From NCBI GenBank assembly GCA_000991405.1, contig LBRL01000001.1, positions 379,200 through 443,199 on the forward strand: a stretch of 64,000 bases of DNA. Direction: 5' to 3'. The notes beneath the pieces are model-generated. The model was not told where the DNA came from. It was given only the letters and a program-made list of their open reading frames with translations, and did not search any database. Each line of letters starts with the position of its first letter. The first letter of the stretch is position 1. Positions 57,035 to 64,000 of this stretch are shown here, one piece after another. This stretch comes from Candidatus Nomurabacteria bacterium GW2011_GWD2_36_14 (GTDB taxonomy: Bacteria > Patescibacteriota > Minisyncoccia > Phycocordibacterales > UBA9973). Both the position numbers and the translations under genes were made by a program.

Positions 57035-58453
57035 TTATACTAGTTTTTCAAAATCTTTCCCAATCGTAAAGAGGATATCTTCACGTAGATATGGAGAGGT
57101 GAACTGAATACTGAAAGGTAAACCCCCTTCTGATTTACCAGATGGAATAGCAATGGAAGGTATATCAGCTAAATTTGCAGGAGCAGAAAATAGATCTGAT
57201 AAATACATACCTATTGGATCATCAAGTTTCTCCCCAATTTTGAAAGGCAAGAATGGAACAGTTGGGGTCATAAAAGTGTCAAAATCTTTAAAGAAGTTAG
57301 TTAATTCATCTTTAATCATCTGACGAACTTTCAAGGCTGAATTATAATAAGCATCATAGTAACCATGAGAAAGTATATATGTGCCCAGAAGTACACGGCG
57401 ACGAGTCTCCTTGCCGAAGCCTCTCCCTCTGCTCTTCGCATATACATCATATAATTTCTCACCATCAACTTGCTTCCCATATCTTATACCATCAAAACGA
57501 GCTAGATTACTAGAAGCTTCAGCTTGCATGAGAACATGATAAACAGCAAGTGAATATTTAATAGACGGTAAGTCAACATCTATTAGTTCATATCCGGCTT
57601 TTTGTAATTTATCACAACTTTCTTCAAAATTCTTCATTACTTCCTTATCAATACCCTCCCCAGACAGGAATTTGCGCGGAATCCCAATCTTCTTTTTTAT
57701 AATATTATTTTTTATAATCCTCATATTATCTGGAATAGATGTACTATCTTTTGCATCATGTGAAGATATAGTATTAAAAATTATCTCAGTATCTCTTACT
57801 GTTCTTCCTAGAGGACTAACCTGATCCAAAGAACTACCCAAGGATATTACCCCAGAACGAGAAACCATACCATAAGTAGGCTTCAACCCTACAAGTCCAC
57901 AAAAGGCTGCGGGCTGTCTTATGGAACCACAAGTCTCAGTCCCCAAGGCTACAAGGGCCATATCCCCTGCTACAGAAGCAGCTGGACCACCCGAAGAACC
58001 ACCTGGTACCAAAGATTCATCCAAGGGATTTCTAGTAATTCCAAATGCACTTGTCTGAGTAGAACTTCCCATGGCAAATTCGTCCATGTTTGTTCTACCA
58101 AGAAAGATTACCCCCTGTTCTTTCAACTTTTTAACAACAAAAGAATCATAAGTAGCTACATGGTTCTCAAGAATTTTTGAAGAGGCCGAAGCTACATGCC
58201 CCTCCAATAGAATATTATCTTTTAAAGAGAAAGGAATACCTGTCAAAACTGTAGCCGTACCATTCTTAAACATTTCTTCGGCTTTTTTTATTTGAACGTC
58301 TATATCGTTATAAATTTCTAGATATGCATTTATTCTTTCATTATTATTTTTGATTACTTTTAGATATTCATCTACTAATTCTCGTACAGTAAAATCACCA
58401 TTTTTATAATGATTATTTGTCTTTTCTATTGTTAAATTCTTTAGGTCAATCAT
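57035..58453 (-). CDS. gatA: Glutamyl-tRNA(Gln) amidotransferase subunit A
   Basis: KDN, NMDEFAMGSS, PGGSSGG, GSIRQPA, SSNLARFDG. Confidence 0.96.
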   Translation of the reverse strand: MIDLKNLTIEKTNNHYKNGDFTVRELVDEYLKVIKNNNERINAYLEIYNDIDVQIKKAEEMFKNGTATVLTGIPFSLKDNILLEGHVASASSKILENHVATYDSFVVKKLKEQGVIFLGRTNMDEFAMGSSTQTSAFGITRNPLDESLVPGGSSGGPAASVAGDMALVALGTETCGSIRQPAAFCGLVGLKPTYGMVSRSGVISLGSSLDQVSPLGRTVRDTEIIFNTISSHDAKDSTSIPDNMRIIKNNIIKKKIGIPRKFLSGEGIDKEVMKNFEESCDKLQKAGYELIDVDLPSIKYSLAVYHVLMQAEASSNLARFDGIRYGKQVDGEKLYDVYAKSRGRGFGKETRRRVLLGTYILSHGYYDAYYNSALKVRQMIKDELTNFFKDFDTFMTPTVPFLPFKIGEKLDDPIGMYLSDLFSAPANLADIPSIAIPSGKSEGGLPFSIQFTSPYLREDILFTIGKDFEKLV

Positions 58454-58749
58454 AGTATTTGTTTTACTTTAAGATATCCATTTTCTGTATTTGGGGCAAT
58501 ATCCATAATCTTGTCCGTATACTCACCACTTTTATTTGTAACAATATCTTCTCTCATAATATTGAACAAATGATAGCTCTCTGGAACTTTTGAAACTTCT
58601 CCTCTAACTCCACCCTCTGTAGCAGCTTCTTCTACCTGCCCAATATACGCCAAAATAGTATCAAAATCTTTAGCGATTTCGCCTATTTCAACCTCCTCCA
58701 TATCAATACGAGCCAAATTTGCTAACTTCTTTACAACTTCTAACTGCAT
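58450..58749 (-). CDS. gatC: Asp/Glu-tRNA amidotransferase subunit C
   Basis: KKLANLARI, IL.YI, MRED, AP....Y.KV. Confidence 0.88.
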   Translation of the reverse strand: MQLEVVKKLANLARIDMEEVEIGEIAKDFDTILAYIGQVEEAATEGGVRGEVSKVPESYHLFNIMREDIVTNKSGEYTDKIMDIAPNTENGYLKVKQIL

Positions 58750-58786
58750 TTACTTAGAATAACATATTTTAAGAGTTTTTTAAAAT

Positions 58787-60796
58787 TTAGAACATTTTTA
58801 GAAATTCTGATTCAGATAAGATTTTGACTCCTAGCTTCTTTGCATCTTCATACTTACTCCCCGGCTCTTCACCTACTAGCACATAGTCAGTCTTACTTGA
58901 GACAGAAGAAGATACCTTGCCTCCATTGTCTATTATTTTCTTCTTAGCATCTTCCCTTGATAAGGTCGGGAGTGTGCCAGTAAGAACAAATATTTTCCCA
59001 GTTAGATTACCTGTCTTCTTTTGTTCTAAAATAATTTCTACTCCATTTTCAAAAAGTTTATCTAAGAAGTGAATATTATTCTTGTCTTGAAAATAATGAA
59101 AAATACTTTCTGAAACTGCAGGCCCAATATTCCCTATATTATTTAATTCTTCTATACTGGCTTTTGATAAATTTGTAAGAGAATGAAAATGATCAGCCAA
59201 GTCACGAGCCGTCTGTTCGCCTACATGAATAATCCCAAGAGCATAGATAAATCTCCACAGAGAAATCTTTTTATGAATTTCAATAGAATTTATAATATTA
59301 TCGGCTGATTTCTCTCCAAAACGATCAAGTCCTGAAAGGTCTGCTCTTTCAAGAGTAAATAAGTCTGCGCTATCACTAATAAGTCCTTCGTCTTTAAGCC
59401 TATCTAAAATTTTTGGCCCTATCTCGTAAATCTCGAATATATTTACAAAATGTTGCATACCTCTCCTGCTTCTTGCAGGGCAAAGCTTGTTCGTACAGTA
59501 ATATGCTACAGAGGATGAGCCTTCTCCGAATCCTGCCTTGCGTTCTATATTAGAATTACAGACTGGACAAGCCTCTGGCATTTTGAATTTCTTTTCTTTG
59601 CCTGTCCTCATATTTACAAGTACTTCTACCACTTCCGGTATGACGTCGCCTGCTTTCTGGATAACTACAGTATCTCCGACTCTTATATCTAGACGTTCTA
59701 TCTGGTCCATATTGTGGAGTGTTGCTTTTGAAATAGTTGAGCCTGCTACCAAAGTAGGGTTAAAGTGTGCAAGAGGAGTCATGACCCCTGTACGCCCTAC
59801 ATTGACAGTGATATCAGTCACCACTGTCGTAGCCCGCTCCGCAGGATATTTATAAGCTGTCATATAACGAGGGGCCTTCCCTACTATTCCTAAATTTTCT
59901 TGTAACTCTAATTCATCTACCAATATAGCCACACCGTCTGAACCATAAGGCAAACTTTCTCTTATTTTTCCTATCTCTTCTATAAAAGAAAATACTTCTT
60001 CTAAATTCTTAGCTTTTTTCTCGTGAGAGTCCAAAGAAAATCCTAATTCTCTTAAAAGTTTGTGTTTATCACTATGAGTTTTGATGTTTATTTCTTTGTC
60101 ATCATATTTGATAGAAGCTAAATCCCAAGGGAAGAAATCTAATCTTCTCTCTTTCACAATCTTTGGGTCTAACTGTCGAAGTGACCCAGCAGCAGCATTA
60201 CGAGTATTTGCAAAAGTTGGCTTACCCTCTTTTGTATTATTTTTATTTAAAACTTCCCAAACTTTTTTAGGCATTAGAACTTCTCCACGAACTTCTAAAT
60301 AAGAAGGGTATGGTGATTTTAATTTAAGAGGAATACTATTTATCATCTTCAGATTTTCCGTTACATCTTCTCCTATAAATCCATCCCCCCTTGTAGAACC
60401 TTCTACAAAAATACCATTTTTATAAATAAGAGAGGCTGACAATCCATCAAACTTCACTTCACAAAAATATGAGTGCTTTTTATTTAGAAGTTTATATATA
60501 CGAGTCTCCCAATCTTTTATTTCATCAAATGAAAAGGTGTCATTCATTGAGAGCATTCTTATTTCATGTTTTACTTTTTTAAATTTGTCTAAAGGTTTAC
60601 CTGCTACTCTGTCTATCTTACTATCTATTTCGATAAATTCTGGATATTTAGCTTCCAAATTATGCAATTCACGAGTAAGAGACTCATATACATCATCCGT
60701 CACTTTTGGATTGTTCCTCACATGATACTCTTCTCTCAAACGAGAAATCTCCTCCCGAAGTTTCGCTATTCGGTTTTTTGCATTATTGTCCTTCAT
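58787..60796 (-). CDS. ligA: NAD-dependent DNA ligase
   Basis: KFDG, TRGDG..GEDVT, RNAAAGSLRQLD, Zn finger, BRCT. Confidence 0.98.
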   Translation of the reverse strand: MKDNNAKNRIAKLREEISRLREEYHVRNNPKVTDDVYESLTRELHNLEAKYPEFIEIDSKIDRVAGKPLDKFKKVKHEIRMLSMNDTFSFDEIKDWETRIYKLLNKKHSYFCEVKFDGLSASLIYKNGIFVEGSTRGDGFIGEDVTENLKMINSIPLKLKSPYPSYLEVRGEVLMPKKVWEVLNKNNTKEGKPTFANTRNAAAGSLRQLDPKIVKERRLDFFPWDLASIKYDDKEINIKTHSDKHKLLRELGFSLDSHEKKAKNLEEVFSFIEEIGKIRESLPYGSDGVAILVDELELQENLGIVGKAPRYMTAYKYPAERATTVVTDITVNVGRTGVMTPLAHFNPTLVAGSTISKATLHNMDQIERLDIRVGDTVVIQKAGDVIPEVVEVLVNMRTGKEKKFKMPEACPVCNSNIERKAGFGEGSSSVAYYCTNKLCPARSRRGMQHFVNIFEIYEIGPKILDRLKDEGLISDSADLFTLERADLSGLDRFGEKSADNIINSIEIHKKISLWRFIYALGIIHVGEQTARDLADHFHSLTNLSKASIEELNNIGNIGPAVSESIFHYFQDKNNIHFLDKLFENGVEIILEQKKTGNLTGKIFVLTGTLPTLSREDAKKKIIDNGGKVSSSVSSKTDYVLVGEEPGSKYEDAKKLGVKILSESEFLKMF

Positions 60797-60798
60797 AA

Positions 60799-61305
60799 TT
60801 AATATTTGATTAGAAGAGAGCGTTGCACGGTTCTCATATTGGTCATATTACAAATATTATATCCATCTATAATAATCGTAGTTTCTACAAAATCATCTGG
60901 ACTTTCTTTTGTAATATTTGCTCGAAAACACTTATTACCACTCGTAGAAAGTGTAGAATCTGGAAACATTGTATATGTTGATGTTAATCCAGAATCAGAG
61001 GTTGTATTCATAACATAAGAATCTCCTCCACAATTAAATCCAACTTCTGGGTTACCATATGAAGGGAATAAATCGTTATTATCCGCGTACATAACACATT
61101 CTGAACCCAAGTCAGCTTCGTAGAATGCCGTCGTCGAGTCACGAGCAACTCCTGATAGGATTATCTGCTTTAAAGCTGTATTGGCAAGCCCCATAGAAAT
61201 CATAGATATAATACTTATAACTACTAGTGTGAATAGTACCGCGTAGCCCTTCGAGTACTCAGGATTGCCATCTACATTATTTATTTTTATATTTCTTTTT
61301 TTCAT
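60799..61305 (-). CDS. PilX-like minor pilin
   Basis: KG|YAVLF hydrophobic helix lacking E5; AFYEAD.G.EC. Confidence 0.75.
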   Translation of the reverse strand: MKKRNIKINNVDGNPEYSKGYAVLFTLVVISIISMISMGLANTALKQIILSGVARDSTTAFYEADLGSECVMYADNNDLFPSYGNPEVGFNCGGDSYVMNTTSDSGLTSTYTMFPDSTLSTSGNKCFRANITKESPDDFVETTIIIDGYNICNMTNMRTVQRSLLIKY

Positions 61306-61326
61306 TTTTTTAAAATCACAATACCA

Positions 61327-61977
61327 TTAATTCTGCCAATTTAGCAGATTCATTTTTAATGTTCGAATTTTGAAAGTTGTACCATTGGGGTATTCAACTG
61401 TCACAGTTACTTCTACTTTATTTGCATCAGTACTAACCATTTTTACTTGTCTTTTAAATCTACTAGCACTCCCACTTGTGCTTGAGTAGTAACTGCCACC
61501 CTGTGCACTATCATCGTATTGCAAAGCAGAACATGGAATAGTTGAACCTCCCAAACCTTGAGTATCGGCAGTACAAGCAGAAACAAAAGTACTAGGAGTT
61601 CCAGGAGTAAAATATGAACCAATTGAAACTCCACAACCATTATTAGAGAAACAACTACTACTAGTATCTTTCCCATATGCAGTTAAAAATGCGCTCCAAT
61701 TGGTAGCGTTGACTCCAGATTTTTGAAATACCATTGTATCCCTACTATTCCTTATGGCATCTACCGCTTCTTGTAAGAGATAGTTCGCGGTAAGTTCATT
61801 GTTGGCATACTTAGCCGAAGAGTAGCTTGAAACAGTGAGCCCAAGCATGGCAGAAATAGAAATGGAAAGTATAAATACGGCAACTATTGCCTCGACTATT
61901 GTAAACCCCGACACCAAATTTGGTGTTGTATTTCTATTGTGTCGCTTTATTAAATTTTTAAAAAATTGAATCTTCAT
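61327..61977 (-). CDS. PilV-like prepilin
   Basis: G|FTIVE N-methylation motif; A.YL.QE. Confidence 0.85.
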   Translation of the reverse strand: MKIQFFKNLIKRHNRNTTPNLVSGFTIVEAIVAVFILSISISAMLGLTVSSYSSAKYANNELTANYLLQEAVDAIRNSRDTMVFQKSGVNATNWSAFLTAYGKDTSSSCFSNNGCGVSIGSYFTPGTPSTFVSACTADTQGLGGSTIPCSALQYDDSAQGGSYYSSTSGSASRFKRQVKMVSTDANKVEVTVTVEYPNGTTFKIRTLKMNLLNWQN

Positions 61978-61984
61978 ATATTAA
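61901..61984. repeat. Partial copy of the pilin-leader element
   Basis: 75/84 identical to 62557..62640; contains the acaccaaatttggtgt palindrome. Confidence 0.85.
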
Positions 61985-62003
61985 ATATTATATTATCCCC
62001 CCT

Positions 62004-62633
62004 CTAATTTTCTGTTGAACGTTGGGACGCTATGGACTGGAGTATAAATGGTGTAGTTACTCCACCTATTGTTACGGCCCCTTTCATTATAATTCTAACA
62101 CTGGGTTGGATTGTATCATTGCTGGCTGATCCCTTCACATAAAATTTCAAATCTTGTACATCCACATTATCAGCAACTATTGAAGGACAACTTGATGGCA
62201 ATGAATTATCTGCACATCTTACTAAAGTATTACTAGTTCCAATTGATCTTGCTTGTTTATAATAACCTACTCTATCTGGAGCACCTGTAACTCGTTGTGG
62301 CGTAAATGCAATAACTCCACCACCTAGAGGGCAATCAGCTACACTGTTAGTAGTCATATGAACAGTTCCTGCACATTCATAATAAGTTCCTACACGCAAC
62401 TCTCTCGTCATACTTTCCATTGCAAAGTTTACATTATCCATCGCTATTCGAAGTCTCTGAGCAGCCTTGGCGGAATTCGAAGAGACTATGAGTGACCCCA
62501 CCCCCATAAGCATAACTATAGAGAATATAGTCGTCGCTACCATGAGTTCTATCAGCGTAAACCCCGACACCAAAATTGATGTTGTATTTTTGTTGTGTCG
62601 TTCTATTAAATGTGTAAAAAATGGAATCTTCAT
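62004..62633 (-). CDS. PilW/GspJ-like prepilin
   Basis: G|FTLIELMVA; MTRELR. Confidence 0.85.
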   Translation of the reverse strand: MKIPFFTHLIERHNKNTTSILVSGFTLIELMVATTIFSIVMLMGVGSLIVSSNSAKAAQRLRIAMDNVNFAMESMTRELRVGTYYECAGTVHMTTNSVADCPLGGGVIAFTPQRVTGAPDRVGYYKQARSIGTSNTLVRCADNSLPSSCPSIVADNVDVQDLKFYVKGSASNDTIQPSVRIIMKGAVTIGGVTTPFILQSIASQRSTEN

Positions 62634-62701
62634 ATATTAAGTTTAAAATTATAAATATTGAAAATACTACACAACGACATCAATTTTGGTGTGGGGGTAA
62701 A
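62557..62701. mobile_element. MITE-like element with ~21-bp terminal inverted repeats and a GTAAA direct repeat, inserted at the prepilin cleavage codons
   Basis: ccccgacaccaaaattgatgt / acatcaattttggtgtgggg; gtaaa at 62557 and 62697. Confidence 0.7.
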
Positions 62702-62735
62702 TGCACTATTCTTTTTTAATATTTTTGTTCTCATA

Positions 62736-63434
62736 TTATTGAATGCTTATCTGTCCAGTATTTTGGACTGTTATCGTTTTAGTTTTCTCATTTGTTTGCC
62801 CGTTGGATACAACAATACTTACTGAAGTAATATCGGGTTTACAACTATTCTCATCACCACTTGAGTTCCTATAGCAAAAGTGGGCACTAGATTCTGGTCG
62901 AGTAAAATAAATATCTACAGATTCTTTGTTGTTACCACTATTACCAGACCCCCCAGATACTGAAATATCTTTAATCTTATCTGTACTTGTAATGTTAAAG
63001 AATTCTATGCATTGATTTACCCCCTTACCACAATCCCCTGTTTGATTTTTGCTATATCCAGAATCACCTTTTGGCATAGAAAATATTAAGAATGATTTAT
63101 CAGAACCATCTAGCCCAGAACCATTTACATTCGTAGAAAAGTGAATACCATAACTTCTGTCAAAGACCTTGGTACTACCTTCTGCTCCAAATCCATGAGC
63201 TCCTATAGCATAGCTTTGCGCCTTGCGGATAGATAAGGCTACAGTATCAGTATTGTTCTGTAAAGAAACACTGGACTTAAAGTCACCATAATTCACAAGA
63301 GTGACACTAGTGATAATAAGAAATATAGAAATAGTCACCATTAATTCAACTAAAGTAAATCCGCCGAAAATGCTATGCATATTTTTGCGGACAAGCCCAC
63401 TATCTTTTATTCTTCTGTAATTCTTTTTATTCAT
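62736..63434 (-). CDS. FimT/GspH-like prepilin
   Basis: G|FTLVELMV; IRKAQSYA; C-terminal I.V...GQI. Confidence 0.85.
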   Translation of the reverse strand: MNKKNYRRIKDSGLVRKNMHSIFGGFTLVELMVTISIFLIITSVTLVNYGDFKSSVSLQNNTDTVALSIRKAQSYAIGAHGFGAEGSTKVFDRSYGIHFSTNVNGSGLDGSDKSFLIFSMPKGDSGYSKNQTGDCGKGVNQCIEFFNITSTDKIKDISVSGGSGNSGNNKESVDIYFTRPESSAHFCYRNSSGDENSCKPDITSVSIVVSNGQTNEKTKTITVQNTGQISIQ

Positions 63435-63442
63435 TAATTAAA

Positions 63443-64000
63443 TTAAAATTGAAAGAGTGATGCTAAAGAAAAGATATCTAAATTAAATAGAAAGACTATA
63501 AGGGTACTTAAGATTAAGAATGGAGCGAATGGTATTTCGGTCTTCATGGTTATTTTCTGGCGAGAGATAAACATTATAGAGAGACTCACAACTGCTCCAA
63601 TCCAAAATGCCAATATAATAGAAGCCAATCCTAAAGAGGCCCCGAGCATCCAGCCGATACCAAGCATTAGCTTCGCATCACCCAAGCCCATCCACTGGCC
63701 CTTAGATACAAACCAAAGGAAAGCAAATGGCAGAGCAAGTACAGGTCCCGCAACAATGAAAGAGAGAGATGGAAGTGTAAACAAACTTCCAAACGTAGAG
63801 TGATTCACAAAGATCGAAAGGAACGAGACAAAGGCATAGACATATACGAGCTTGTCGGGGATAATCTTGTGACGAATATCGTAGACAGAGATAACTATAA
63901 GAATAGAGAAGATGAAAACAAAGAAGCTCAATAGGAATAAGTATGAAATTGGGGAGAGGGACAATACAGGTAGAAAATGATACGCGATCAAGACGAATAC
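63443..64000 (-). CDS. pilD: Prepilin peptidase (A24), 5' part outside the window
   Basis: YDIRHKIIPD, MGLGDAKL, IPFAPFL. Confidence 0.9.
   Translation of the reverse strand, partial: VFVLIAYHFLPVLSLSPISYLFLLSFFVFIFSILIVISVYDIRHKIIPDKLVYVYAFVSFLSIFVNHSTFGSLFTLPSLSFIVAGPVLALPFAFLWFVSKGQWMGLGDAKLMLGIGWMLGASLGLASIILAFWIGAVVSLSIMFISRQKITMKTEIPFAPFLILSTLIVFLFNLDIFSLASLFQF

Noticed and set aside
57035-58749. gatB missing next to gatCA
   Set aside because: gatB is often unlinked and may lie outside the window

Overview
AT-rich bacterial chromosome segment using genetic code 11 (RF2 present). Gene content suggests Patescibacteria/CPR, probably Parcubacteria; this is an inference from the Cys-rich CxxC paralogs, DUF5667-like proteins, PaaX/Cas2-like gene, type IV pilin cluster and -10 boxes sitting almost on the start codons. 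From left to right the window holds: two Cys-rich paralogs and argS; a nucleotide/folate cluster (dut, tmk, 2 NUDIX, 2 MazG-like, glyA, deaminase, thyA-like, folA); three ECF sigma modules; pyrD; the oxidative pentose phosphate genes; a RelBE-like TA pair; an array of small accessory genes ending at tRNA-Gln; pyrG-ftsXE-prfB; a lysC-asd/dapB-dapA-aminotransferase DAP cluster; a DpnI/DinD islet between two tRNA-Thr genes; a tRNA cluster; gatAC, ligA and four prepilins with a prepilin peptidase. The most notable observations are: (1) the ThyA homolog has Asp at the Asn177-equivalent specificity site, which is the dCMP-selective signature, and is head-to-head with an atypical dCMP deaminase, suggesting a dCMP -> 5-methyl-dCMP -> dTMP route; (2) palindromic/MITE-like elements sit at the prepilin cleavage site of all four pilins, and one appears to supply a new start codon and leader; (3) the wHTH-Cas2-like gene is bracketed by two loop-less perfect palindromes with a shared core; (4) a CCA-ended tRNA-like RNA lies downstream of tRNA-Gln. 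No CRISPR array, integrase or transposase was seen.
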